The notes: generated by a model not told the origin, from the sequence alone. Counted from the first letter of the stretch, positions 18,319-29,102 are shown. The stretch: 64,000 nucleotides of DNA from Planctomycetota bacterium (GCA_965222115.1 CBDCTJ010000007.1:192001-256000); one strand, 5' to 3'. Numbers and translations are program-made.

Positions 18319-20523
18319 ATGACCGCGTTCGCCCGCTCCCGTCACCCCCTGACTGGCATCCTCCTTATTGCGCTCTGTGCGCTGCCTGCTGAGGCACGTC
18401 CCGATGACCGCGACCGCGGTTTGCCGTTTCCGCCCGGCGGGGCGCCCCTCGCCACCAAAGCTTCCGCCTTGCTGGGTACATGGTCGGGCGACATGAAAGA
18501 AGCCGTGGGCGCGGGTGAGGTGGTTTCCTATCCACTCAGCATCACCATCACCCAGACCACGCCCGGCGCGTTTCATGTCGACATTCGGGTAGATGCCAAT
18601 GTGAAGATGCGCGCGGGAACGACGTCGCTCATGGTGCACCATCGCATGCGAGGCACAATGCGCGGCAACACGCTGGTCGCGCAAGGATATGAAAAGCGCG
18701 TACGCGTGAATGGTAGTGAGCGCGCCGAAGCGCCAGACCAAGGCGAGTTCACTGTCGTTGGGGGTCGCTTGCGAGGCAAGTTTGGAAAGCCTGCATCGCA
18801 AAACAGTCCCGCCCGTTGGAGCACGGTCGATTTTCGGAAAGCAGCGGGAACGCAGCCCGTGGTTGTTTCGCCGCCCTTTAAGCGCATCGATGTTGTGGGT
18901 CGTTGGGCGGGGAAGTTGAGTGAGCAGTTGGAAGACGGTACCAAACTCACCTATCCCGCACGCATTCACGTGGGTCCCAACAAGGACGGAAGCGGTCACC
19001 CGGTGCGCATCACCATGAAAATGAAGTACCCCGTCAAAGGAGTAGAGACTACCGTTGCGATCGAACACGAAATGATAGGGACCTACAACGAAGACCGACT
19101 CACATGCAAAGGACTGTCAAAGGTCGTGCGCGTCAACGGCAAGGCATCGCAAGAAGCGCCGGAAGAAGCGCTCATGCGCGTCGTGGACGGACGGCTCGTG
19201 GGCCGTTTCGGTTATGGACATCTGGGATGGAGCTCGTTTCGCTTCCAACGGGAGACCGGTGCTTTGGACGCGCCCACGATCGAACGGGGTACCGGATTGC
19301 CATCCACAGGTCCCGGCACAACGGACGCGCCGTCCTCGCGCGAAACAGACCTTCATGGCACCTGGGCAGGAACCATGCAAGAGACCTTGCCCAGTGGCGA
19401 GCGCGTCTCCTACCCCGTGCACATCACGGTGGATCGACCCAACGCGTTGGGCATCTACACCATTAAGTTGGTGATTGAAGCCAACATTCGCGACGCACAA
19501 GGCGCGTCCCAAAACGTCGTGATCGAACAAGTCATGCGCGGCCCGCGCGCACGCAACACAATTAACGCTAAGGGCATGTCCAAGTTCATCGTTGAAGGCG
19601 GCGTTCGACGCGAAGATACGCCCGACAATGGCGAGTTCGAGCGACTGGACGACGGCTCCCTGCGCGGGAGATTTGGCACCGATGCCGAGGGGTGGAGCGC
19701 CTTTCACTACGAACCCGGTACGACAAACGGCAGTACATCGTCTCTGCCCGCAAGCATGTACGTCGGAGCGTGGCAAGGGATGCTCACGGAAGTTGGAGAG
19801 GATGGTTCAAAGCGCACCGTACCCGTAACGCTATCCATTGTCCGGTCGCAAGAAGGAAACGGTTTATCTATCACCATGCGCGTCCAGTCCTCGGTCAAGG
19901 GCGCGAACGGTCCCCTACCGCAAACCGTGATCGAGTCGTTTGAGGGCCAGGAGATTGACGGCGGCATCCAGGCGCGCGGTGTTAAGAAGTCGGTGACGAT
20001 TGACGGAAAACCAGAAAACGCGACCCTCGACACGTTGACACTCGCGTATCAAAATGACCGCCTTGCGGGCCGTGTTGGCAATGACATAGAAGGCTACAAC
20101 ACGCTGTCGATGCGCAACGTGGGTGGCGGTGCCATTGACGGGGCGCAGGCAGCGACGGAAAACTTCGCCGGCACGTGGCGCGGCGAGGTTCGCGAGACGA
20201 TCGACGGGCGACCGGTCACTTACCCCATTGCGCTCATTGTGACCAAGACCAGCACCGGGTACTCGGTGCAAATGGGAGCGGAAGCGCAAGTTCCAAACAG
20301 GCAGGGCAAAACGCAAGTCATTGAGATTCGCGAGACGTTCACCGGGAGCGCCTCACTAGGCGTACTACGGCTGCAGGGCACACGCAAAGACATGCATGTG
20401 GATGGCGTACGCCAAGACGTTCAAGTGGATCGCGCCGAACTTCGGTTCCAACAGGGAGCGCTAGTGGGTGAACTTGGCAATGACTTGGAAGGTATGGTTC
20501 CCGTGCGGCTTGTGAAGCAGTAG
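18319..20523 (+). CDS. Secreted protein of five tandem ~125-aa beta-barrel-like repeats
   Basis: AGGAGG RBS, signal peptide, five repeats starting GTWSG/GRWAG/GTWAG/GAWQG/GTWRG...YP and ending L.G(R/K)FG-like. Confidence 0.85.
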   Translation: MTAFARSRHPLTGILLIALCALPAEARPDDRDRGLPFPPGGAPLATKASALLGTWSGDMKEAVGAGEVVSYPLSITITQTTPGAFHVDIRVDANVKMRAGTTSLMVHHRMRGTMRGNTLVAQGYEKRVRVNGSERAEAPDQGEFTVVGGRLRGKFGKPASQNSPARWSTVDFRKAAGTQPVVVSPPFKRIDVVGRWAGKLSEQLEDGTKLTYPARIHVGPNKDGSGHPVRITMKMKYPVKGVETTVAIEHEMIGTYNEDRLTCKGLSKVVRVNGKASQEAPEEALMRVVDGRLVGRFGYGHLGWSSFRFQRETGALDAPTIERGTGLPSTGPGTTDAPSSRETDLHGTWAGTMQETLPSGERVSYPVHITVDRPNALGIYTIKLVIEANIRDAQGASQNVVIEQVMRGPRARNTINAKGMSKFIVEGGVRREDTPDNGEFERLDDGSLRGRFGTDAEGWSAFHYEPGTTNGSTSSLPASMYVGAWQGMLTEVGEDGSKRTVPVTLSIVRSQEGNGLSITMRVQSSVKGANGPLPQTVIESFEGQEIDGGIQARGVKKSVTIDGKPENATLDTLTLAYQNDRLAGRVGNDIEGYNTLSMRNVGGGAIDGAQAATENFAGTWRGEVRETIDGRPVTYPIALIVTKTSTGYSVQMGAEAQVPNRQGKTQVIEIRETFTGSASLGVLRLQGTRKDMHVDGVRQDVQVDRAELRFQQGALVGELGNDLEGMVPVRLVKQ

Positions 20524-20553
20524 CGTGGACACACCCCGGCAAGAAGGGAACCC

Positions 20554-21306
20554 GTGTCAATGATTCGTTTGCAAACGATCGTGCCGATATTGATCGGCGT
20601 ACCTCTCCTGCTGAGCATGGCACCCAACGCCCATGCCGACGGCTATGCCGTGGATGGTTCGGCCGTGCTGTATGAGGTCTCGACCAAGAAAAAGAAGACG
20701 CGCCGCATCGGCAAGGTGCAAGTACCTCGTCGCGAAGGCAAGCCCGAGAAACCCATCTTGACCGACTTGGCGCTCTCGCCGGAAAAGGGGATGTACGGCA
20801 TCTCCTACAGCACGCTCTACAAGATCGACGTGACGGCGCCGGAGCGCTCCAAGCGCGTCGGTGCACTGCGCGTACCCACCGTGAACGCACTCTGTTTCGA
20901 CGGTGAGGACCGCCTGTGGGCCGCAGGCGGAAACACACTGTACCGGGTAGATTTGACGACCGGTCGCGCGACGAGCGTGGGGCGCTTTGGTGTAAGCGGT
21001 ACGAGCGATGGCGATCTCGTCATGCTTGACGGCGCGCTCTACTTAACGCTCTCTACGCGCACGGGAAGTACGCTGGTGCGTATCGACCCCAAGACGGCAC
21101 GCGCCAAAGTCGTGGGCGTGATTCGCAGCGGCGCGCGCGGCGCGCTTCCCAACGTGTGGGGGCTTATCCTCGATGGAAGCACGCTCTACGCGCTAACGCC
21201 CATGGGCGAAGTGTATGTCTTGGACCCAAAAACGGCGGTCGCTACAGCGCACTTCAAAACGACGGGACGCAACTATTACGGTGCATGTCCGAGGTTGCGG
21301 TTGTAG
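20554..21306 (+). CDS. Secreted beta-propeller protein (DUF4394-like)
   Basis: Signal peptide; repeats LYKIDVT, LYRVDLTTGRAT, LVRIDPKTARA, VYVLDPKTAVA. Confidence 0.7.
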   Translation: MSMIRLQTIVPILIGVPLLLSMAPNAHADGYAVDGSAVLYEVSTKKKKTRRIGKVQVPRREGKPEKPILTDLALSPEKGMYGISYSTLYKIDVTAPERSKRVGALRVPTVNALCFDGEDRLWAAGGNTLYRVDLTTGRATSVGRFGVSGTSDGDLVMLDGALYLTLSTRTGSTLVRIDPKTARAKVVGVIRSGARGALPNVWGLILDGSTLYALTPMGEVYVLDPKTAVATAHFKTTGRNYYGACPRLRL

Positions 21307-21312
21307 ACGACT

Positions 21313-22362
21313 TTACCCACCGGGCGCGGCCGCGGGCGTCTTTGCCATGGCGTCGAGTTCAGCCTTGAGCTTTGTGATGGCGGTCTGCATGGCCTTGTTG
21401 GACCGCACGCGTGGCTTGGCTTGCAAGCGCTGAATCCACTGGCGACTTGTGGCGATTTGCCCCATGCACTTGTACTGCACGGCAAGACGGAACGCGCCGC
21501 CAAAGAACGTCTCGTCGCTCATATGCTTGCCCCGCGTTAACACACGCTCCACACCCACCCAGTTCTTAGCATCCAGGAAGTCGAAAAGCTGGTTGGCCTC
21601 CTCAAAGGCCAAGACGTGGGTCAAGAGGCCATTTTGATTCTTTGGATCAAGGCGTCGAATCGCTTTGTGCACCCATGCATACGGCGGGTATTCAAAGAAC
21701 TGACTGTTGCGCAGCGCCACAACCGATGACTTCAATATCGGCAAGGTGACCTTCTTTTCGCCCGCAAGCAACAAGGGCTTGATGCGACGGCCATTGGCAT
21801 GGTGCGCGCCCAACGTCTTTAGGAACGCCGACACCGCTCCGCCTTGATAGTTGCCAATCGAGTACGGCGATCCATCGGCACTCGTCATTACGAACGTGGG
21901 AAATCCCTCGACCAAGAACTCCTGGCGCAGCTGCTCATTCACTCTCGGATCCACGACGCGCTCCTTGGCGGCCTTGTCGCTATCGGGGAAATCGAGATAG
22001 AGAAACACAAAGTGTTTGGTGGCTTCCTTTTGGAACGTGGCATCGGAAAACACCTTCTCGTCCATGACCTTGCAGTAGTGACACCAATCACTTCCCGTAA
22101 AGTGAATAAAGATGTCTTTTCCACTTGCGCTCGCCTTCTTTTTGGCGACGTCGTAGTTGGTTTCCCAAGGAAATGTAGATGCCTTGGCGTCCCCGGCGCC
22201 GCCTTCTGCAAAGGCGGGTACGCCCATCACAACTAGCAACACAAGCGTCGACAACACGCCGGAGGCCCAGCGACAAAGGCTCGACGTACGTGGAAGCGCG
22301 ACGATTGAGGAGGGCAACGTTGTCGTCATGGCACAAAACTCCTTGGTCGGACGTGGGGTCAT
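21313..22362 (-). CDS. Exported thioredoxin-family protein (DsbH/Thioredoxin_7-like)
   Basis: Signal segment; FTGSDWCHYC; cis-Pro VEGFPT. Confidence 0.9.
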   Translation of the reverse strand: MTPRPTKEFCAMTTTLPSSIVALPRTSSLCRWASGVLSTLVLLVVMGVPAFAEGGAGDAKASTFPWETNYDVAKKKASASGKDIFIHFTGSDWCHYCKVMDEKVFSDATFQKEATKHFVFLYLDFPDSDKAAKERVVDPRVNEQLRQEFLVEGFPTFVMTSADGSPYSIGNYQGGAVSAFLKTLGAHHANGRRIKPLLLAGEKKVTLPILKSSVVALRNSQFFEYPPYAWVHKAIRRLDPKNQNGLLTHVLAFEEANQLFDFLDAKNWVGVERVLTRGKHMSDETFFGGAFRLAVQYKCMGQIATSRQWIQRLQAKPRVRSNKAMQTAITKLKAELDAMAKTPAAAPGG

Positions 22363-22530
22363 GAGGTCACGCCCAATCGGATCTTCTCACTGGATAGGCG
22401 CACGCCGCGAGAAATGTCTACGCAAGTGACAGAGCCGAGACGCGCGGTCACGCGCCCAACCCCACGGGATCCACAAAAGGCAACGAGCCCCCAGCGATAC
22501 CGCCGGAGGCTCGAGCCGTTTCCGTACAAC

Positions 22531-22549
22531 CCCCGGCGAACCGCCGGGG
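22531..22549 (-). terminator. GC hairpin downstream of the Ser/Tyr-rich gene (possible intrinsic terminator)
   Basis: CCCCGGCG-AAC-CGCCGGGG, 13 nt past the stop; U-tail weak. Confidence 0.5.
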
Positions 22550-22562
22550 AAAGTGATTACTG

Positions 22563-23528
22563 TCAGGTGAAGCAGACGCCACCGTAGAGATCGTTGTAGC
22601 TGGGCGCTCCGGCCGGATACGTCGAGTAACACGACGAACTACTGCTCGAATACGTGCTTGGGCCGGTTGAGTAGGAATACCCACTGGAGGAGCCGCTGTA
22701 GACGATAGGAGCAACAGGCTTGGCGGCTGAGGGGCTCGATGAAAGGCCGTCGCTCTTAGAAGCCATCACACCATCGCGAGCGGTCGGGGTTGCTGTAGCA
22801 CCCGACTTGGATGAGCGCGTGGCCGAAACACTACTGCTGCTAGACGCCCGGTACGGCGAACTGGCCATGGCCCGCGGATAGTAGGTCGATGACCCCGAGC
22901 TCACGTAACGCGGCGCGGGGCGCGTGGTGTAGGTGTAGCTACTGCTGGGGTAGTACGAACTCCCACTTGAGTAGTACCTCGAAGCGCTCGAAGAATACGT
23001 AGTGCTTGGCGCATACGCGTAGCTTGAGCTTGGATACGTCGATGCATACGTGGTGCTGCTCGAATAGGGCGTGCTTGAATAAGGTGTCGTATAGGACGAA
23101 CTCGAACGACTCGCGTAGCTGTAGCTGGGCGTGGTGTAGGAATAGCTAGGCGTCGTATAGGAGTAGCTCGGCGTGCTGTATGCGTAACTCGGTGTGGAGT
23201 ACGCGTAGTTTGTGGATGACGAGTACCTGGGATACGAATACGACGTGCTCGTTGATGGGTACGAATAACTTGACGTCGTGTAGCTTGATATCGGGGATGC
23301 GTAGCTCGAAGGATACGAGTACGAATAACTAGGCGTCGAGTAGCTTGTCGTTGGGGTGTAGGCATACGACGGCGTGGACCGGTAGTAGGTATAGGCCCGT
23401 TGCGCGCACTGCGGTGAGCAGGAGCGACGGCAGCGGTAGCGAGCAGCGTTCGCGTCCAGCGTATCGGCCGTGACCCAGGTAGTTAAGGTGAGGCCCAAAA
23501 GTGCCAGACCGATCGTAAGCTTCCTCAT
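22563..23528 (-). CDS. Secreted Ser/Tyr/Thr-rich low-complexity protein
   Basis: GGGAGG RBS, signal peptide MRKLTIGLALLGLTLTTWVTA, heptad-like YSTPSYA/YTTPSYS repeats. Confidence 0.8.
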   Translation of the reverse strand: MRKLTIGLALLGLTLTTWVTADTLDANAARYRCRRSCSPQCAQRAYTYYRSTPSYAYTPTTSYSTPSYSYSYPSSYASPISSYTTSSYSYPSTSTSYSYPRYSSSTNYAYSTPSYAYSTPSYSYTTPSYSYTTPSYSYASRSSSSYTTPYSSTPYSSSTTYASTYPSSSYAYAPSTTYSSSASRYYSSGSSYYPSSSYTYTTRPAPRYVSSGSSTYYPRAMASSPYRASSSSSVSATRSSKSGATATPTARDGVMASKSDGLSSSPSAAKPVAPIVYSGSSSGYSYSTGPSTYSSSSSSCYSTYPAGAPSYNDLYGGVCFT

Positions 23529-23765
23529 AACGCCCTCCCATGGGCCTCGTCACCGATTCGATGCACGATCGAAGATTCACGATCGAACAGGTGTCCAAGG
23601 AAGTCAGGTCGAGCACGCGCGCATGTGCCTTTAGAAGCTGTTGCCACGAACTGTGCGCGTTGGTGTTTTGCTCGTACAGACGAAGTACTGAGGACGGACG
23701 ATTCCCTGCTACTTGAGTCTAAGGGACCCTATCGAGCACCTTACGGGGTGTTCGCTGAAGGTGCG

Positions 23766-24656
23766 CTAACCACCGCAAGCAACTGCATTTCCGTGGTTCT
23801 TCTTGAAGATGGCCGTGACGTGCTCGCGCTCGCCTTCACTCAAACCGGAACTCGCCAAGTCGTGTTTGAGCTGGGTCAGCGAACCGTAGCCACTGAGGTA
23901 CCCATTGAGTTTGGCCGCGAGGGTGGAATCGCGAAGCGCTGCTTCATTTCCAACCTTCTTCAGCAATGCACTCGTCAAACGCTTCACCTGACGCAGGCGG
24001 TACTTTTGGTGATAGTCCTCGGCGACATAGAACTTCGTAAACGGGGCAATCTCCGTCTTGACCTCTGCGCCCAAGGTCTTGGCCAACGCGTCGCGGGAAG
24101 CCAACGCGGCTTTCTTTTGCTCGTCACCGTGCGTCCACAGAATCGCCTTGTATTGAACGTAACTCCCTGGGTGCAGCGGATTGTGGGCGCGCCAGAAATA
24201 CTTGAGCAGTGCGTCAAAGGAGAGGACGCTAGGATCGAAGTCGACTTGAATGGCTTCGGTGTGATCGCCCATCTTGCGATAGGTGGGCGCCTTGCTTGTG
24301 CCGCCGCAATAGCCGACGCGCGTACGAATTACGCCAGGAACACTGCCCAACTGGGCGTCCGGTGTCCAAAATCAGCCAACGGCAAAGGTAGCCGTTTGCA
24401 CGCGCGTCTTTGACGCCACCGCTGAATCGGACGACGCGTCTTCGTTTGAAGCGGTCGACTTCGCTGGGGAGGGATGCTCAGAATCTTTGTTCACGGCAGT
24501 TGCTCCTTGGGGCGTATTCGATGACGGCTTAACCTTCGCATCGCCGTCGGCTGCTTGCTCCGCGATTGCAAACGTAGCGCACGCAAGAACAATACAAACG
24601 CCAGTAGCTATCCATGACAGTCGATGGGAAGGGCCGGAATCACTAACTCGAGGCAT
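23766..24656 (-). CDS. msrA: Exported peptide-methionine (S)-S-oxide reductase, probable selenoprotein (UGA at 24372-24374)
   Basis: ORF-track pieces 24372..24704 and 23766..24350 are in frame across one TGA: [29 protein letters not shown]. Also has [13 protein letters not shown] and [11 protein letters not shown]. Confidence 0.92.
24338..24367 (-). promoter_or_regulatory. Putative bacterial SECIS hairpin of msrA
   Basis: After UGA: GGACAC-CGGAC-GCCC-AGUU-GGGC-A-GUGUUC; G in the apical loop about 20 nt downstream. Confidence 0.6.
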
Positions 24657-25731
24657 CAGAGTCGTTTCCAGACGCCTTGGGCGTCGCCTCGTCCGCTGCG
24701 GCACGAAGGAGGCGCGTTAGGGGTCTTATCAATGGCGGCAAGCGCTGCAACGCAGCCACTTGACGCATAGTGTCGCGAAGGGGAAAGGCCGGTGTGCCCC
24801 CCACGGTATCACCAGATGGAACGTCTCGCATGAGCCCCGAACTCGCGGCCACGTGACAGCCCTTGCCAATCCGAATGTGATCGGCAACGCCGACTTGCGC
24901 ACCGAGCGCACTCCCAGCGCCCACACGAGAGGAACCCGCCAGGCCCGTTTGGGCCGCGATGACGCAGTGTTCGCCCATATGTACGTTGTGCGCAACCTGA
25001 ACGAGGTTGTCAATTTTGCACCCCGTACCAATGACGGTGCTGCCGAACTTGGCTCGGTCCACGCATGTATGTGCACCGACTTCTACGTCGCTCGCAATCC
25101 GCACGTCACCGATGTGGGGCACGCGTTCAAGGCCACCGTGCTCTGAATGGGGCAGGAACCCAAAGCCCTCGCCACCAATGACGGCACCGGCATGCAAAAC
25201 AACGCGATCACCCAAGGTACACCGTTCCCGAATGACGGCACCGGCATGAATACGCCCATCCGCGCCCACCGTCACGTGGGGATAGATCGAAGCACCGGCA
25301 TAGATCCACGTTCCATCGCCAACAACCGCATGGGCACCGATCCACACGCGCGGGCCCAATCGAACGCCCACGCCAATGACGGCGGTCGGATCCACCACGG
25401 CCGTGTCGTGAATCGCTTCATCCGGCGGTAACTCATCGGGAGCATAGGCACATAACACCGTAGTCATCGCGTGTTCGGGACGATCAACAACGATGCGCGC
25501 CGAGGGAGAGAGGTCGTCCCAGGATTCGGCTCCTTTGGGCACAAGCAAGGTTCCGGCAGAAGAAGCGGCCGCCTGTGAGCGCATGCGTTCATCACGAACA
25601 AAAGCAACTTCGTCGGGTGATGCATCGTTCAGTGCGCTGGGGGCGCGAACCGGTTGACTCGCGTTACCAATCAAACGTCCATGTACGAGCGCGGCTATGT
25701 CGCCTGCGGTCTTGGGCTGTCTTTGTGTCAT
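24643..25731 (-). CDS. lpxD: UDP-3-O-acylglucosamine N-acyltransferase
   Basis: Hexapeptide repeats; [38 protein letters not shown]. Confidence 0.95.
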   Translation of the reverse strand: MTQRQPKTAGDIAALVHGRLIGNASQPVRAPSALNDASPDEVAFVRDERMRSQAAASSAGTLLVPKGAESWDDLSPSARIVVDRPEHAMTTVLCAYAPDELPPDEAIHDTAVVDPTAVIGVGVRLGPRVWIGAHAVVGDGTWIYAGASIYPHVTVGADGRIHAGAVIRERCTLGDRVVLHAGAVIGGEGFGFLPHSEHGGLERVPHIGDVRIASDVEVGAHTCVDRAKFGSTVIGTGCKIDNLVQVAHNVHMGEHCVIAAQTGLAGSSRVGAGSALGAQVGVADHIRIGKGCHVAASSGLMRDVPSGDTVGGTPAFPLRDTMRQVAALQRLPPLIRPLTRLLRAAADEATPKASGNDSDASS

Positions 25732-25793
25732 GGGTCGCCTCCGAGCGGATGGAGGCGTACGTTACGCGAGACGAATCCTTGGAACGGCGCGAT

Positions 25794-26630
25794 TTACCGA
25801 AGTCGGAACCGAACGGGCAAGTTCGCAGTGCCGCTGATGCCCGATCCAAAGCGATACATATAGGCCACGCGCAAGGCCGCCTCATCCAATATGCGATAGC
25901 CGCTGCTGGTTGCCACAATGGCATCAGAAACAACGCCGGTCGGCTCGACCGTGATGCGAATAATGGTGGTGCCCTCAATGCCGTTTGCGCGCGCATCCCA
26001 TGGGTAGTACTTCTCAACGTTGGGACGATTGGCGACGCGAAGTTTGGAACGCGCCGCGCGCTTCTGTATGGGCCGCCTTGCTTTCCGAGGATTCACACGA
26101 ATCGGCGGGCTGATGATCTCCTGCACAGGCTCCACGGGATCGATGTGCATGGGGACATCGGGAAGCGTTTCAATCACAAGGGGCTCTTCCGGAATCGCTT
26201 CGGCTACCACGTCATTGACCGGCAGGTATTCCATGGGCTGAAGTTCTTCCGGCACGATCTGTTCGGGGGGCGCCACCTGCCGATCCACGAAATGAATGCG
26301 GGACTCGGACACCTGCTTCACGTCCACCGAAGGCACCACAGGTTCTGTGACGAAGTAATAGAGCATCGCCCCGACGGCGACGTGCAACACGATCGCCACA
26401 ACGAACGAAACGGGCATAGTCGATCGCGGACGACGGGGCGCGACGCGCACAGCAGGCAGGGAGGTGGCAGTTGTTGGCGTCACGGACGACACGGCAGGCA
26501 AGTCCTCAGTCCGGCCGGACGCCGGGCGCTTCAGTCTATTCGACGTTGAACCCGTGTGGCGGTTCGGTTTCACCCTTGGCGAGCGCGTCGTACGCATTCT
26601 TTTGGGCTTCGGGACCACTTGAATCCCCAT
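25794..26630 (-). CDS. tonB: TonB family energy transducer
   Basis: TM segment with SFVVAIVLH, Pro/Glu-rich linker, C-terminal YPWDARANGIEG...SSGYRILDEAA; ATG overlaps the receptor stop (TAATG). Confidence 0.85.
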   Translation of the reverse strand: MGIQVVPKPKRMRTTRSPRVKPNRHTGSTSNRLKRPASGRTEDLPAVSSVTPTTATSLPAVRVAPRRPRSTMPVSFVVAIVLHVAVGAMLYYFVTEPVVPSVDVKQVSESRIHFVDRQVAPPEQIVPEELQPMEYLPVNDVVAEAIPEEPLVIETLPDVPMHIDPVEPVQEIISPPIRVNPRKARRPIQKRAARSKLRVANRPNVEKYYPWDARANGIEGTTIIRITVEPTGVVSDAIVATSSGYRILDEAALRVAYMYRFGSGISGTANLPVRFRLR

Positions 26631-29047
26631 TACAGGTCCATTTCCATGCCTATGACCACGTGTCGGCGCGCACCGGCAAAGATGCCACGCGGCGCGCGAC
26701 TCGTGATGTAGTCCTCGTCGAGCAGATTCCCCACGTTGGCAAACAGTGATGTGCGCGTGCGAGGTACACGCCACCGAATGGTTGCATCCAATACCCAATG
26801 CTCGGGGATTTCGCCCACGGTGCCGTCATTGCTGGCTGCGACAGTGTTGGCTTGATCCGAAAACTGCTCGCCCACATACGACGCCCACAGCGACGCCGTC
26901 AATCCATAGCGTGGAAGCTCTGCGCGCAGGCCCACGTGCCCAACCAGATTGGGTGCATACGGAAGTTCGTTTCCTTCAAAGATCCCACCCGACGTGACGT
27001 TCTCCGTCTCCACCCACGTCCACGCCGTATCGAGCCAAAGCTTGGGCGCGCACTCATGCGTGGCGCCACAACCCCCACGGGTACGAAGCGCGGCCAGCAC
27101 GTCCACCGCCGCCGAAAACTCCACGCCATAGTTGCGCGTTTCACCGGCGTTGGTGTTGGTTGTGCTCGCGCCACCCGACTCGTTCGCCGGCACGACCTGG
27201 TTATCAAAGTCAATCAAGAAGCCGGTTACGCCGTAGCGCAACCAGTCACGGGGCTCTCCACGAATGCCGACCTCATAGTTCCAACTGCGCTCAGCCTCCA
27301 AATCCAAATCGGTACCCGTACTGTCAATTGCCTGGGATGTGCGCGGTGGTGCAAACCCTCGGTGAACGCCAGCATGAACGGTGTGTGCCTTGTCAAGATC
27401 AACTTCCACACCCGCAGCAGGTAGCACTTCGGTGTTCTCGGTGTCACCGGAGACATCAACCGGCGCTGCGCCTTGAACGGAGAATCGTCGCTCGGACACA
27501 TAGTGCTCCACGCGAACACCGGCCTGCACGCGAAGACGCTTGGACACGTGCATGGTGTCATGTACATAACCCGACAACGCCCAGAGATCGGTGGTGTCGC
27601 GATCGCGCGTAAACGGAGCGGCATTGGGGTTCACGCGGTTGTGTCGCGTGTTGATAAACAGCTCTTCGTGGTAGCGGGCACCCATTTGAAACTCGTGCTT
27701 GAACCCACTCAACCACCACGTGCCGCGCAAGCGCTCTTCGATGCCGTAACGACGAAACGTACGATCACGCGACCCGTAGCTCTCGCGTAGATAAATCGCT
27801 CCGCCATCCACAGTGGGATCCCCCACGGTGGCGACGGTGTTGGCTGGTGGTGCCGCGAACCCGTTGTTGCGAGCAAAGTCCTGCCGGTTCCAGTTACGAA
27901 AGCCACTACCGTAGTAAAGGCTTGTCTCGGACGTCAAACACGTCGAGAACTCGTGACGCAACCGAAACAGACCGGAGAGCCACTCCACATCAAACTCATC
28001 GTGGCGCGCTGGATTCTGGTGCGGATCGTCGCGGAACATGCCCTCGGTCAAGCCGAGGTACGTTGAATCGGATCGTTGGCGATAGTAGCCAAACTTTCCA
28101 AGCACGGTCGTGCGTGGTCCGAGATCGTGACTCACCTTTGCCATGATGTCGGACACCTCAAATCCGGTGTGATCGCGATAGCCATCGCCACGTTTGTAGA
28201 GCGCGGAAATAAGCGCACCGGTTGCGCCGCGACGTCCGCCGTAGTGAATCGAACTCGTCGCGTAGCCGTCGGTGCCGCCCGCCACACGAAACAGGCCGCC
28301 CTGTGTGTCCGGAATGCGATGCGTACGCAAGTTGAGTACACCGCCCACGGTATGCGGCCCGTGGATGATTTGTCCCGGTCCCTGAATCACATCAATGGTC
28401 TGCAAGCGTTCGAGCGGGGGCATGAAGTAGGACGCGTTGACGGCGTAAGGCGCCAAACTTGCCGGAACGCCATCTTCTAAGATCAACACGCTTTCTGAAC
28501 GATCGGGATTCAATCCACGAAAGCCAATGTTGGGAATCAATCCACCGGTCGCCTCGCCACGAACATGCACGCCCGGTTGTCCACGCAGCGCTTCCTGCAC
28601 GCTCTTTGGCGTTCGCACCAACACAACGTCACGGGCATCCAATTCATAAGACGAGGCTTGAATCGGCACGTTGGCGGTACTGGGCGGCGTAGTGGCATTG
28701 GAAGACGGCGTTGCGGGTGGTGTCGGAGGTGACGGCGGCGTCGGAGTAGGTTGCGGCGGTGTGGGCTGCGGCGTAGGCATCGACGGCGGAGGCAGTTGAT
28801 AGGGCGTCTGCGGGTAGGGATCCACTGGCGCCTGGGGTATGGGTTGAGGAATTGGTATCCGCGGGGCCTCGACTTCGGCAGAAAGGGGTTTACCTGTGTC
28901 GTCCTCGAGCTCGAGCGTGGGTTCTTCCGGCGCCGCCACGTCATCACCTTCTTCGGCTTGAACGTGGGATCCCCAAGCAATCAACAAGACCACGGCCATG
29001 GGGACCGCCCACTGAAACAGCCACCGTACGCCCGTTGTAATTCGCAT
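26630..29047 (-). CDS. TonB-dependent receptor (FecA-like)
   Basis: Plug motifs NIGFRGLNPDRS..VLILEDGVP, GGVLNL; barrel LEAERSWNYEVG, NLLDEDYITSR. Confidence 0.93.
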   Translation of the reverse strand: MRITTGVRWLFQWAVPMAVVLLIAWGSHVQAEEGDDVAAPEEPTLELEDDTGKPLSAEVEAPRIPIPQPIPQAPVDPYPQTPYQLPPPSMPTPQPTPPQPTPTPPSPPTPPATPSSNATTPPSTANVPIQASSYELDARDVVLVRTPKSVQEALRGQPGVHVRGEATGGLIPNIGFRGLNPDRSESVLILEDGVPASLAPYAVNASYFMPPLERLQTIDVIQGPGQIIHGPHTVGGVLNLRTHRIPDTQGGLFRVAGGTDGYATSSIHYGGRRGATGALISALYKRGDGYRDHTGFEVSDIMAKVSHDLGPRTTVLGKFGYYRQRSDSTYLGLTEGMFRDDPHQNPARHDEFDVEWLSGLFRLRHEFSTCLTSETSLYYGSGFRNWNRQDFARNNGFAAPPANTVATVGDPTVDGGAIYLRESYGSRDRTFRRYGIEERLRGTWWLSGFKHEFQMGARYHEELFINTRHNRVNPNAAPFTRDRDTTDLWALSGYVHDTMHVSKRLRVQAGVRVEHYVSERRFSVQGAAPVDVSGDTENTEVLPAAGVEVDLDKAHTVHAGVHRGFAPPRTSQAIDSTGTDLDLEAERSWNYEVGIRGEPRDWLRYGVTGFLIDFDNQVVPANESGGASTTNTNAGETRNYGVEFSAAVDVLAALRTRGGCGATHECAPKLWLDTAWTWVETENVTSGGIFEGNELPYAPNLVGHVGLRAELPRYGLTASLWASYVGEQFSDQANTVAASNDGTVGEIPEHWVLDATIRWRVPRTRTSLFANVGNLLDEDYITSRAPRGIFAGARRHVVIGMEMDL

Positions 29048-29102
29048 CGCTGATCCCTCCGCCCCAGCGAGTTCTTGCCGGTGGCGTGGGAATCCTATCT
29101 AT

